From: a bacterium
Lineage (GTDB): Bacteria > Electryoneota > Electryoneia > Electryoneales > Electryoneaceae
Reading direction: 5' to 3'
NCBI GenBank assembly: GCA_043801585.1
Contig: JAZDLX010000131.1
Coordinates: forward strand, 1 to 59,572
DNA: 59,572 nt
The number at the start of each line of letters is the position of its first letter. Positions within the stretch are counted from its first letter, which is position 1. The notes beneath the pieces are model-generated. The model was not told the DNA's origin, did not search any database, and saw only the letters and a program-made list of their open reading frames with translations. The position numbers and the translations under genes were made by a program. Positions 10,335 through 19,891 of the stretch are shown here, one piece after another.

Positions 10335-10553
10335 ATGCAGGGCAAAGTGAAGTGGTTCAACGAAGCCAAGGGCTTCGGGTTCATCGAGGTGGAGAACGAT
10401 CGTGATGTGTTCGTGCACTACAGCTCGATCATGGGCGACGGTTTCCGCAAGCTCGTGGAAGGCGAAGACGTCGAGTTTGAAATCGAGGACGGCCCCAAGG
10501 GTCCCTCGGCGAAGTCGGTGAAGCGCCTGAACCCGCCGACTTCTTCGTGGTAA
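10335..10553 (+). CDS. cspA: Cold-shock protein
   Basis: GKVKWFN, KGFGFI (RNP1), VFVHY (RNP2); GAGG SD. Confidence 0.97.
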   Translation: MQGKVKWFNEAKGFGFIEVENDRDVFVHYSSIMGDGFRKLVEGEDVEFEIEDGPKGPSAKSVKRLNPPTSSW

Positions 10554-10571
10554 TCCACGAGAGAAGTCCCG

Positions 10572-10603
10572 AAGCCGCGGCGATCATCGTCGCGGTTTTT
10601 TTT
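10572..10603 (+). terminator. Rho-independent terminator after csp
   Basis: aagccgcggcga/tcgtcgcggttt stem followed by a T run. Confidence 0.85.
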
Positions 10604-10636
10604 ATGTCTCCAGGTGCCCCGTTCACAAACAGGAGA

Positions 10637-11212
10637 TCAGGAATCCATGCTTCCCATCGTTTCGCGCCAGGCAGCGGTGATTGCCATCCATTTCCTGGCG
10701 GTCTCAGCCGAGTAACTCCACGTTCCACCCGGCATGATGAAATCGACGTCCGTGGGAAAGTTCTCCCGCGCCCAGCGCAGAATTTCATCCATCCTGTCCT
10801 GCATCTTCATCGCGCTGGGTCCGGTCAGCACCCTGTGGATCCCTTTGATCTTTGACTTTGTCACCTGGAAACAAGCGACACAGGTCACGGAATCCTCACC
10901 CGAGAGCGTCAGCCAGTCATTCGTTTCCACCACAAGGCAGCGAACCAGATCGCCGTCTCCGGTGCAGTCCTGGACACTCAGCATCGAATTCAGTTCCGCA
11001 TCCCACAGAAAAAGAGGACGCAGCTCTTCGACACCGTTTCGCTCCCAAACACCTTCCTGTGTGTACACCACCTCCCCGGTGCAAAGGGCGAGCTGTCCAT
11101 CGACATCTCCGGCATTGTGCGCCTGGATAAAGTGATCCACGGTGTTGACGGGTGAACTGCTGCACGCTTGCAGCAGGAAGGCGAGGGCAGCGACAGCGAG
11201 TATCCTTTTCAT
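10637..11212 (-). CDS. Lipoprotein with SnoaL/NTF2-like domain
   Basis: GGAGGTG SD; MKRILAVAALAFLLQAC lipobox; FIQAHNAGDVDG NTF2-type helix. Confidence 0.75.
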   Translation of the reverse strand: MKRILAVAALAFLLQACSSSPVNTVDHFIQAHNAGDVDGQLALCTGEVVYTQEGVWERNGVEELRPLFLWDAELNSMLSVQDCTGDGDLVRCLVVETNDWLTLSGEDSVTCVACFQVTKSKIKGIHRVLTGPSAMKMQDRMDEILRWARENFPTDVDFIMPGGTWSYSAETARKWMAITAAWRETMGSMDS

Positions 11213-11276
11213 CGAACACCTCCCGTTAGTGCGGTCCGGGGGGGCGCACGGTCGGGCGGAATCGAAGTAGAGGACG

Positions 11277-11540
11277 TCAGGAACCGCAATGTTGATCGAT
11301 CCAGACCATCTGCTGATCGGGCAGACCCTGCATCGAGAAATCACCTTTTATTTCAACAACAATCAACAATTTCGTATCATCGGCAACATCGGCCAATTGT
11401 TCATCCAGTTCATCCATGTCCCTGTCGGTCGCGATAAACCATGCCGTGTCGGAGACACGGATCGATTCAAATGTATCTTTTAAGTACCTGCCCAGCTCAT
11501 CCGCAATTGCCGGCGAATGATGAATCATGTAGACCGTCAT
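11277..11540 (-). CDS. Small hypothetical protein, probable ferredoxin-like (Cas2/VapD-like) fold
   Basis: 87 aa, ATGA-coupled to the upstream esterase; alternating beta/alpha pattern ending in W. Confidence 0.65.
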   Translation of the reverse strand: MTVYMIHHSPAIADELGRYLKDTFESIRVSDTAWFIATDRDMDELDEQLADVADDTKLLIVVEIKGDFSMQGLPDQQMVWIDQHCGS

Positions 11541-12778
11541 CGCGCCTCCTGCAACATGTTCTCCGTCTCCGCCACGGGTGGGAAAAACCAGGTCAACATC
11601 GGCTCCAGTTCCGACCGCCAGTAAACCCAGGAGTGACCATCATTCCCCTGATGATAGCGAACGCTGCAGTCTCGCGTCCGCAACACATCGAGCCAGCGTT
11701 CTACTTCGGGGCTGTTGCCTTTTTCAAAATACCCCAGACAGACGTACGTGTGCACGGTAAATGTCTCAGCCTGCTGATAGGCCGCGATGATCGCGCTCCT
11801 CTCGTCATCGAGTGCGGGGGAGAAGGCTGCGAGGAGCCCGAACCTGTCGGACTCGTGCAATGCAAGGTCCACCGCCATCAGCCCACCTCGCGAGACACCG
11901 AAGATCGCTGTCTGCTCCCGTTGCGCTGTTATATGATACCAGTCTGAGATCAGTGGCAGCAATTCGAGTGTGACGAATTGCCGCCACTCGCGCCGGCCAC
12001 CATATTCACGCCACCTCCGGGCGTCGTCCGTCGAGATGAAAACGACGATCGGAGGATCGATCTTGCCATCCGCGATCAGGTTGTCGAGGACGGTTGTCAT
12101 CTGCCCACCAAGGACCGCCGCGCGCCCATCTCCAGCGAGTAAAAGGGGATAGGGACGGATCCGGGAGGGATGATAATCCGGCGGTTGATAGACCAGGACC
12201 GTGCGTTCGTATCCGAGCGAAAGGGAGAAAACGGTCAACGTATCGATCTTTCCTCGCGGGACGTTCTCCCGTCTGAAGGCACAAGTTGCATCATGCCAGC
12301 CCGGCATCCGGACGATGGAACGGCCTCTGTCCTCGTTTGCCCAATAGTCGTTGTTCAACGGATCTCGAAAGTTATCCATGTATTCCGTCGTCAGGACGTA
12401 TTCAAATCGCGCGTCGAAGGGCGCTTCCAGCGTGAGGTACTGCAACGGCGTAGAATAAACCCGCTTCATCGGTTCTGGCTGCCACTGGGTGATCATTCCG
12501 ACGACGGAAAGGGGATGCTGGTTCCAGGCGAGAAAAACAACATGGGTGCTGTCACGAAGGGGGGTGCCACCCCGCCATTTGACCTGCTGGATAAATGACC
12601 ACGCCATTCGTTCCTGTTTTGATTTGGATGCATACTCGGATTGCTCCAGAAATTGTTCAAAATCAGCAATTTCCACCCTTGGTCGAGTACGCAGGTTGGC
12701 AATTCGAAGAGGAGAGCAGCCTGAACCAAATAAAAACAACAAGACCAGAAGCGTTGTGCTTTGTTTCAGGATGGCCAT
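11537..12778 (-). CDS. Fes/enterochelin esterase-like alpha/beta hydrolase (lipoprotein)
   Basis: GSGC lipobox; DPLN, VYQPPDY, GVSRGG nucleophile, GHSW. Confidence 0.88.
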   Translation of the reverse strand: MAILKQSTTLLVLLFLFGSGCSPLRIANLRTRPRVEIADFEQFLEQSEYASKSKQERMAWSFIQQVKWRGGTPLRDSTHVVFLAWNQHPLSVVGMITQWQPEPMKRVYSTPLQYLTLEAPFDARFEYVLTTEYMDNFRDPLNNDYWANEDRGRSIVRMPGWHDATCAFRRENVPRGKIDTLTVFSLSLGYERTVLVYQPPDYHPSRIRPYPLLLAGDGRAAVLGGQMTTVLDNLIADGKIDPPIVVFISTDDARRWREYGGRREWRQFVTLELLPLISDWYHITAQREQTAIFGVSRGGLMAVDLALHESDRFGLLAAFSPALDDERSAIIAAYQQAETFTVHTYVCLGYFEKGNSPEVERWLDVLRTRDCSVRYHQGNDGHSWVYWRSELEPMLTWFFPPVAETENMLQEAR

Positions 12779-13034
12779 ATATGTAGATTACACTTAAACA
12801 GTATGCCCGAGCCAGCCTGCTGGTCACGTCCCATCCATACTGTCTCCAGTGGAGATCACAGGAAACCTCTCAAACACCCGCATACAACGTCGAGGAAAGG
12901 CATAGATTGTGATCTTCTTCACTGAATGTAAAGTGCGGGGCAGAATCCACTCGGGTTCGATCAAGTTACGTTTATCTTCTTATTAATATAAGAGTTGAAC
13001 GATATTTTGAGGAACCTGTCTCTCGAGGGAACGG

Positions 13035-13081
13035 TTGACATAAAGAACCGGAATTGGATAACTTTGTGATAAATAGTGCAA
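13035..13081 (+). promoter_or_regulatory. Putative sigma70 promoter of hyd operon with overlapping Rex-like operator
   Basis: TTGACA 13035-13040, TAACTT 13059-13064, TTGTGA-taaata-GTGCAA 13064-13081. A second TTGTGA-N6-TCAC box lies at 12907-12924. Confidence 0.55.
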
Positions 13082-13109
13082 CTCACGACTGGGTAAACGG
13101 GAGATCTCC

Positions 13110-13658
13110 ATGTTGATTTCGAAGCAGGCACGGTTGCGCGAGGAAGTGCGGGAACTGGCCGACCAATTCGGCCACAACCGCAGCGCGTTGTTGCCTATCC
13201 TTCAGCAAATTCAGCACAGGCATTACCACATTTCCGAGTACGCGATGCAGGTTGTCGCCGATTTTCTCGGGATTCATCCAACCGAAGTGTACGGTGTGGT
13301 AAGCTTTTACTCATTCCTCAACCGGGAGCCGAGGGGTCGGTTCGAAATCCGGCTTTGCAAGACCATTTCCTGTGCCATTCAGGAATCGCAACGTGTCGCC
13401 CGCCAGTTGGAAAACGACCTCGGAATCAAATTCGGAGAAACCACTCCGGATGGAAAGTTCTCGCTCGATTGGGCGAATTGCATCGGCATGTGCGACCAGG
13501 GACCGGGATTGCTTGTCAACGACCAGGTTTTTACACGGGTGACCCCTGAAAAGGTGCATGACATCGTCGAGGGGCTGCGCCGCACACTCGATGTTTATTC
13601 GATGCAGAATGTTCACCGATCGAAACCGATGATCCATATGGAGGAGGGAGATCGATGA
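13110..13658 (+). CDS. hydC: [FeFe]-hydrogenase NuoE-like [2Fe-2S] subunit
   Basis: VYGVVSFY; CKTISC...CIGMC [2Fe-2S] motif. Confidence 0.92.
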   Translation: MLISKQARLREEVRELADQFGHNRSALLPILQQIQHRHYHISEYAMQVVADFLGIHPTEVYGVVSFYSFLNREPRGRFEIRLCKTISCAIQESQRVARQLENDLGIKFGETTPDGKFSLDWANCIGMCDQGPGLLVNDQVFTRVTPEKVHDIVEGLRRTLDVYSMQNVHRSKPMIHMEEGDR

Positions 13659-14857
13659 CAATCGGGACGGATACCTCTACGTGGACATACGCATCGATCA
13701 AGCCCGAAGAAGGGTTGGCGAAGGCGTTGAGACACGACGTAAGCGAGATCATCCAGATAATCACGGATTCAGGATTGCGCGGTCGCGGTGGGGCGGGGTT
13801 TGCCACCGGCCGGAAATGGAAATACTGCGCCGCTGCTCAGAGTGAGAAGAAATACATCATCTGCAATGCCGATGAGGGCGAACCCGGAACGTTCAAGGAC
13901 CGTGTGATCCTTACGGAATTTCCGGATCTGGTCTTCGAGGGATTGACGATCGGCGCACGGGCCATCGGAGCGACGCACGGGTTCATCTACCTGCGTGCGG
14001 AATACCTGTACCTGTTCCACCATCTGAAGGAAACCATCAACCGGCGCCGGGAGAACGGACTTCTCGGCGAAAACATCCTCGGAATCAAGGGATTCAACTT
14101 CGATGTGGATGTCCGGATCGGCGCGGGCGCCTATGTTTGCGGCGAGGAAAGCGCCCTGATTGAGTCGATCGAAGGGTTTCGCGGTGAACCTCGAAATCGC
14201 CCACCCTATCCCGCCGAATACGGCTTGGGGGGCCTGCCGACAGTCGTCAACAACGTCGAGACGCTCGCCTGGGTTCCCTGCATTTTCGTCAACGGCGTCG
14301 CCTGGTTCCGCGAAGTCGGCACCGATGAATCGAAGGGATACAAACTCTATTCGGTGTCCGGAGACGTCGAACGGCCGGGTGTCTATGAACTCCCGATGGG
14401 AATCACGGTTGCCAAACTGCTCGAACAGGTGGGTGGGGCGAACGCCAAGGCTGTCCAGGTCGGCGGCGCATCGGGCCGGTGCGTCCTCTCCATGGAATTC
14501 GAGGAACGGCTGATCGCCTTCGAGGACATGGCGACGGGCGGATCGGTGATCGTCATCGGTCCCGGAAGGGACATGCTGATGATGGTGAAGGGCTTTCTCG
14601 AGTTTTTCGTTGAAGAATCCTGCGGACAGTGCACGCCCTGCCGCGAGGGAAACGTCAAGCTGCTGGAGGGTGTCCATCTGCTTGAACAGGGTAAATGTTC
14701 GATGCGTTACCTGAAGGAATTGTGCCGGTTGGGAGAAACGATGCAGGTGGCGTCGAAATGCGGCCTCGGGCAATCGAGCCCAAACGCATTTCTGTCAGTC
14801 GTGGAACATTTCAAGGATGAGATCATGGGTCGGGTCAACCTGGTGACGGAGGGGTAA
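13655..14857 (+). CDS. hydB: [FeFe]-hydrogenase NuoF-like NADH/FMN subunit (short form)
   Basis: GLRGRGGAGF, NADEGEPGTFKDR, GAYVCGEE, ESCGQCTPCREG...CGLG. No extra ferredoxin domains. Confidence 0.93.
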   Translation: MTIGTDTSTWTYASIKPEEGLAKALRHDVSEIIQIITDSGLRGRGGAGFATGRKWKYCAAAQSEKKYIICNADEGEPGTFKDRVILTEFPDLVFEGLTIGARAIGATHGFIYLRAEYLYLFHHLKETINRRRENGLLGENILGIKGFNFDVDVRIGAGAYVCGEESALIESIEGFRGEPRNRPPYPAEYGLGGLPTVVNNVETLAWVPCIFVNGVAWFREVGTDESKGYKLYSVSGDVERPGVYELPMGITVAKLLEQVGGANAKAVQVGGASGRCVLSMEFEERLIAFEDMATGGSVIVIGPGRDMLMMVKGFLEFFVEESCGQCTPCREGNVKLLEGVHLLEQGKCSMRYLKELCRLGETMQVASKCGLGQSSPNAFLSVVEHFKDEIMGRVNLVTEG

Positions 14858-14860
14858 ACC

Positions 14861-16792
14861 ATGGAAGCGAAACAGGAATTGAAAACACCCGAGATCCAGA
14901 TTCTCGACCGAACACCGTACAGCACCCGTGTCGCCCTATTCGATGAGTCGGAGAAAAAGCAGAAAATCACTGTCACAATTAATGGCGTCGAGGTTACGGT
15001 TAACCACGGAACGATGATTCTTGAAGCGGCGAAGAAAGCGGGGATTCACATCCCCACGCTGTGCCACCATCCCGATCTCACGTTCGCGGGGGTGTGCCGC
15101 ATCTGTGTCGTCGAGATCGAGGGACAGCGGGTGCTCCAGGCATCATGCTCCTATCCGATCACCGTGCCGATGAACATCAAAACGTTCTCGCCGAAAGTCC
15201 GCCAGGCACGCCGTCACATTCTCGATCTGCTGCTCTCGAAACATTATGGCGAGTGTTATTCCTGTTTTCGGAACGAAAACTGTGAATTGCAGGCTCTCGC
15301 CAACGAGTATGGTGTGGACTTCTTCCGGTTCGGACACCCGGTTCAGCCACTTTATGACAAGGATTATTCCAGCTACGCGGTGAACCGGGATCCCAACAAG
15401 TGCATTCTCTGTCGCAGATGTGTGCGCACCTGCATCGACCTGCAGGAGGTAGGCACCCTCGAGGTGGAAGGGCGTGGAGTGAATTCCAGGGTTACGACGT
15501 TCGGGAACAAACCCCTCTCGGAAGTCGTTTGTATCAATTGCGGACAGTGCATCAACCGCTGTCCCACCGGCGCACTCTACGCGAACGACCCTACGGACGA
15601 AGTGTGGGATGCGATCGACGATCCGACGAAACATGTAGTGATCCAGACCGCGCCATCTCCCCGAGCGGCAATTGGTGAGTGTTTCGGAATGCCCCCGGGA
15701 ACGCCGATGACGTTCAAGCTGAACACAGCGTTGCGCCGTGCCGGTTTCGACAAGGTTTTCGACACGAACTTTGCCGCCGACCTTACGATCATCGAGGAGG
15801 GAACGGAACTTCTGACCCGCCTGTATCGGAAACTGGTGAAGGGCGAGGAAGATGTCCGTATCCCGATGTTCACAAGCTGTTCCCCGGGTTGGGTCAAGTA
15901 TCTCGAGCATTTTTACCCGAGCTATGTGGACAACCTCTCGACCTGCAAGAGTCCGCAGCAGATGTTCGGTACGTTAATCAAGACCTTCTACGCCCAAATG
16001 CACAATATCGATCCCGCCGATATCGTTTGTGTCAGCCTGATGCCCTGCGCGGCGAAAAAGTATGAGTGCAACCGGCCGGAAATGCATTCATCGGGCTACA
16101 AGGATGTCGATTTCGGACTGACGACCCGTGAAGCCGCCGCGATGCTTTCAGAAGCGGGGATCAAGCTGGGCGAGATGCCCGAATCCGATTTTAACGATCC
16201 CTTCGGCACCGCCACAGGATCGGGAGTCATTTTCGGCGCCACGGGCGGCGTGATGGAAGCAGCGCTGAGAGCAGTCATTGAGCTGGTCACCGGGGACAAG
16301 ATCGAGAGTCTTTTCGATCATGCGGACATCATCCCGGTGCGTGGATTCGAAGGCACGAGGGTGGTCGAGTACACCTTCAACAAGGTGGGGCCCGTGCCGG
16401 AATTGCTGCAACGGATTGTTCCGAACTGGAATTGGCTGAAGGGTGTCACCTTGAGTGTCGGTGTAGCTCATGGAACCGCCAACGCCCACCGCGTGATGAG
16501 GAGCATCGAAGAGGGCGGTGAATTCAAAAAGTGCCATTTCATCGAATTCATGGCCTGCCCGGGTGGCTGTCTCGGTGGAGGTGGACAGCCGATTCCGACG
16601 ACACCCGAAATCCGAGCGGCGCGGGCGAGAGCGATCTATGCGGAGGACAAGGCGTACACTATTCGCAAATCCCATGAGAACCCGGCGGTGGTCAAAATCT
16701 ATGATGAATTTCTCACGGAAGGGCCAAACGGACATCTGAGCCACGAACTGCTGCATACGCATTACACACCGCGCGGAAAATACATCGAGTGA
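14861..16792 (+). CDS. hydA: [FeFe]-hydrogenase group A catalytic subunit
   Basis: H-cluster motifs FTSCSPGW, MPCAAKKYE, EFMACPGGCLGGGGQP; N-terminal 2Fe-2S, His-ligated and two 4Fe-4S motifs. Confidence 0.97.
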   Translation: MEAKQELKTPEIQILDRTPYSTRVALFDESEKKQKITVTINGVEVTVNHGTMILEAAKKAGIHIPTLCHHPDLTFAGVCRICVVEIEGQRVLQASCSYPITVPMNIKTFSPKVRQARRHILDLLLSKHYGECYSCFRNENCELQALANEYGVDFFRFGHPVQPLYDKDYSSYAVNRDPNKCILCRRCVRTCIDLQEVGTLEVEGRGVNSRVTTFGNKPLSEVVCINCGQCINRCPTGALYANDPTDEVWDAIDDPTKHVVIQTAPSPRAAIGECFGMPPGTPMTFKLNTALRRAGFDKVFDTNFAADLTIIEEGTELLTRLYRKLVKGEEDVRIPMFTSCSPGWVKYLEHFYPSYVDNLSTCKSPQQMFGTLIKTFYAQMHNIDPADIVCVSLMPCAAKKYECNRPEMHSSGYKDVDFGLTTREAAAMLSEAGIKLGEMPESDFNDPFGTATGSGVIFGATGGVMEAALRAVIELVTGDKIESLFDHADIIPVRGFEGTRVVEYTFNKVGPVPELLQRIVPNWNWLKGVTLSVGVAHGTANAHRVMRSIEEGGEFKKCHFIEFMACPGGCLGGGGQPIPTTPEIRAARARAIYAEDKAYTIRKSHENPAVVKIYDEFLTEGPNGHLSHELLHTHYTPRGKYIE

Positions 16793-16924
16793 TTCCGCGG
16801 GTGGAGCAGGTTGAAAACATGCGGGAAAGGCGCCGGCGTTTCTGGAAAGTCGAACACTCGCGGCGCAGTGCCTTACTTTTATTCATCTCAACTTTTTAAC
16901 GGCCATTCGGTCGAAGGTTGAACA

Positions 16925-18331
16925 ATGTCTACTTCAGTGCCGGCGAAATCCGTCGAAATCATCAACGAGGGGGTGATCGCGGCCACCCTCGCCAGCAAAG
17001 CGGATTCCAGCGCTGAACATGTGCGGGAAATCCTCTCGAAAGCGCGGGAGTTGCACGGGTTGGGATCCCACGAGGTGGCTGTTCTTGCGGGGATCAGCGA
17101 TCCCGAGTTGATGGGGGAGTTGTTCCTAGCGGCGCGGTATGTAAAAGAGACGATCTACGGTCGGAGGTTGGTCCTTTTTGCTCCGCTTTACATCAGCAAC
17201 CTTTGCGAGAACGAGTGTCTCTACTGCGCTTTCCGCGCACGCAACCGTGAGCTGACCAGACGTTCTCTGACTCAGGACGAGATTCGCGACGAGGTGAAAG
17301 TCCTGCTTCACCAGGGTCACAAACGGGTGCTGCTCGTGGCGGGAGAATCGTATCCCCGCCAGGGTTTCCAGTACATTCTCGACTCGCTTGAAACGATCTA
17401 CGCGACCCGTGAGAACGGAGCGAACATCCGCCGTGTCAACGTCAACGTCGCTCCTCTCACGTTGGAGGAATTCTGTCAACTGAAGGCGGGCGGGATCGGC
17501 ACCTTCCAGCTCTTCCAGGAAACCTATCACCGTGAGACCTATGCGAGCGTTCACCGTGGCGGAAAGAAACGGAATTACGAATGGCGCATCACCTGCATGG
17601 ACCGGGCGATGCAGGCCGGTATCGACGATGTAGGCATCGGAGTTCTTTTCGGTCTGTTCGATTGGCGATTCGAAATTCTCGCATTGATGCAGCACATTCG
17701 CCACCTGGAGAACCGGTTCGGCGTCGGACCTCACACCATCAGCGTCCCTCGTCTCAAACCCGCGTCCGGGTCCGATCTCTCCTACCATCCGCGGTTTCCC
17801 GTCTCCGACGTGGATTTCCGCAAGATCGTTGCGATCCTCAGGCTGGCCGTGCCCTACACGGGAATCATCATGTCCACGCGCGAATCGGTGGAGATTCGCC
17901 GTGAGACCTTCGCCCTCGGCGTCAGCCAGATCAGCGCGGGAAGCCGTACCAATCCCTACGGATACAGCGAAGACGAGAAGCTGGACTCCAGCCAGTTCCA
18001 CCTGAACGACCACCGCCCCCTCGACGAAGTCGTCCGGGACCTGGCGCATCTCGGGTACATCCCGAGCTTCTGCACCGGGTGCTACCGTCTCGGACGGACT
18101 GGACAGGATTTCATGGACCTCGCGAAACCGGGTGAGATCAAGCACCACTGCGATCCCAACGCCGCTTCAACCTTCGTCGAGTACCTCGAGGATTATGCGA
18201 GTCCCGAGACTCAGGACGAGGGCGAACGGTTGCTGAAGATGTTCCTCGCGGGAATGGAGGACCTTCCACGCCGCCGTGCGGAAACGCTGGTAAACAAGGT
18301 GCGGGCAGGGGAGCGGGATGTGTATTGCTGA
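16925..18331 (+). CDS. hydG: H-cluster radical SAM maturase HydG
   Basis: CENECLYC; FQETY; HTISVPR; SFCTGCYR...HCDPN. Confidence 0.96.
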   Translation: MSTSVPAKSVEIINEGVIAATLASKADSSAEHVREILSKARELHGLGSHEVAVLAGISDPELMGELFLAARYVKETIYGRRLVLFAPLYISNLCENECLYCAFRARNRELTRRSLTQDEIRDEVKVLLHQGHKRVLLVAGESYPRQGFQYILDSLETIYATRENGANIRRVNVNVAPLTLEEFCQLKAGGIGTFQLFQETYHRETYASVHRGGKKRNYEWRITCMDRAMQAGIDDVGIGVLFGLFDWRFEILALMQHIRHLENRFGVGPHTISVPRLKPASGSDLSYHPRFPVSDVDFRKIVAILRLAVPYTGIIMSTRESVEIRRETFALGVSQISAGSRTNPYGYSEDEKLDSSQFHLNDHRPLDEVVRDLAHLGYIPSFCTGCYRLGRTGQDFMDLAKPGEIKHHCDPNAASTFVEYLEDYASPETQDEGERLLKMFLAGMEDLPRRRAETLVNKVRAGERDVYC

Positions 18332-18357
18332 GCCGGTGCTGGGAAGAACAGTTGAAT

Positions 18358-18515
18358 CAGGATGGGCAGTATGAAACAGTATGGACAGGTTAAATTCGAC
18401 TCGTCAAAACATGAACGGAAGGTATAGGGCGAACAGGATAGGCAGGATGATCTCAATACGCAGGTAAAACGACGGTTCTGAAGGTTTATCCTGAATATCC
18501 TGTGCATCCTGTTTC
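18358..18515. repeat. CAGGAT-periodic MITE-like element, copy A (degenerate left arm)
   Basis: Right arm atcctgaatatcctgtgcatcctgtttc (18488-18515) is 27/28 complementary to 30341-30368. Confidence 0.7.
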
Positions 18516-18559
18516 AAGCTGTTTCAGTAGTTGGTCATGTGGCTCGGTCAACAATGGTC

Positions 18560-18594
18560 GGGTGGCCCGACTTGTTCGTCAAGTCGGGTATCCC
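18560..18594. repeat. GGGTGGCCCG-led hairpin (REP-like)
   Basis: gggtggcccgacttg-ttcgt-caagtcgggtatccc; same 10-mer at 57603. Confidence 0.6.
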
Positions 18595-18637
18595 CCTGTT
18601 CCTGTGCTCATAGGTTAGAAGAGAAGAGGACAAGGTG

Positions 18638-19891
18638 ATGTCCCGAGGTGCTCCAAAATCCTTTCGACTGCACATCGGCATTTTCGGGCGGCGAAACGTC
18701 GGCAAGAGCTCGCTGCTGAACGCGCTGACCGGCCAGCAGGTCTCGATCGTTTCGGAAACTGCGGGCACGACCACGGACCCCGTTGAGAAACCGATGGAAC
18801 TGCTGCCGTTGGGGCCGGTGCTCTTCATCGACACCGCCGGGTTGGACGATGCCGGTTCGCTGGGCGAGAAGCGCATCGAAAAAACCCGAAAGGTGTTCGA
18901 ACGGTGCGATCTGGGCATCATCGTTACGGACGGCGACTGGAGTGAATTCGAGGTGGCGGTGCTCGACCGCCTGAAGGAATCGAATGTCCCGACCGTCGTC
19001 GCGTTGAACAAGTCGGATCAGTGGTTGACCGGGACGCTTCTTGCACGGCTCAAGAAACAGCATCTCACCGGCATTCCAACCGTTGCGGTGAACGGCGAAG
19101 GAATTGGTGAGCTGAAACGCCAGTTGATTGCCCACGCTCCGGCTGAGTTCATCGAACAGCCGGTGATTATCGCGGATCTCGTCGGTCCCGGGGAGCTCAC
19201 CGTTCTTGTTGTGCCCATCGACAAGGAGGCTCCGAAAGGCCGCCTGATCAATCCACAGGTCCAGGTGCTCCGTGAGTTGCTCGATTCGGACGCGATGGCT
19301 CTGGTAGTCAAGGAGCGCGACCTGCCCGCAGCACTGGATCGGCTGAATACGCCGCCGAAGCTGGTCGTCACCGACAGCCAAGCGTTTCAAAAAGTGGCGG
19401 CAGATGTCCCGCCCGGCGTTCTGATGACATCGTTTTCGATTCTCTACAGCCGTTTCCGTGGCGATCTTGCGACCCAGGCAATCGGTGCAATGGCGATTGA
19501 CGATTTGAAGCCGGGGGATCGCATCCTGATCGCGGAGGCCTGCACCCATCATCCCATCGACGAGGACATCGGACGGGTGAAAATCCCCAACTGGCTGGCC
19601 CAGGTAGTGGGAGGAGCACTCGAATTTGACGTTGTCGCGGGGCAGGATTTTCCCGAGAACCTGAAGCCTTACCGTCTCGTCATCCATTGCGGCGCCTGCA
19701 TGTTCAACCGGCGGGCAATGCTCTCGCGGATCGCCCGCTGCCGTCAGCAGGGAGTCCCCGTGACCAACTACGGACTGGCGATCGCCTGGAGTCTCGGGGT
19801 GTTCGAACGGGCGCTCGCTCCTTTTCCTGCCGTGTTGGAAGCGTTGCGACGTGCGAAAAAAGCAAAAGAGGTTCCTGAGCATGTGTCCTGA
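18638..19891 (+). CDS. hydF: H-cluster maturation GTPase HydF
   Basis: GRRNVGKS, GTTTD, DTAG, NKSD; CTHH...HCGAC. Confidence 0.96.
   Translation: MSRGAPKSFRLHIGIFGRRNVGKSSLLNALTGQQVSIVSETAGTTTDPVEKPMELLPLGPVLFIDTAGLDDAGSLGEKRIEKTRKVFERCDLGIIVTDGDWSEFEVAVLDRLKESNVPTVVALNKSDQWLTGTLLARLKKQHLTGIPTVAVNGEGIGELKRQLIAHAPAEFIEQPVIIADLVGPGELTVLVVPIDKEAPKGRLINPQVQVLRELLDSDAMALVVKERDLPAALDRLNTPPKLVVTDSQAFQKVAADVPPGVLMTSFSILYSRFRGDLATQAIGAMAIDDLKPGDRILIAEACTHHPIDEDIGRVKIPNWLAQVVGGALEFDVVAGQDFPENLKPYRLVIHCGACMFNRRAMLSRIARCRQQGVPVTNYGLAIAWSLGVFERALAPFPAVLEALRRAKKAKEVPEHVS

Noticed and set aside
11226..11290. Possible selenoprotein: ORF ends C-G-S-TGA (CxxU) in a selA-bearing genome
   Set aside because: Readthrough adds only 16 unconvincing residues, there is no clear SECIS, and the fold seems complete at the stop. 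No in-frame TGA was seen in the thioredoxin or hydrogenase genes.
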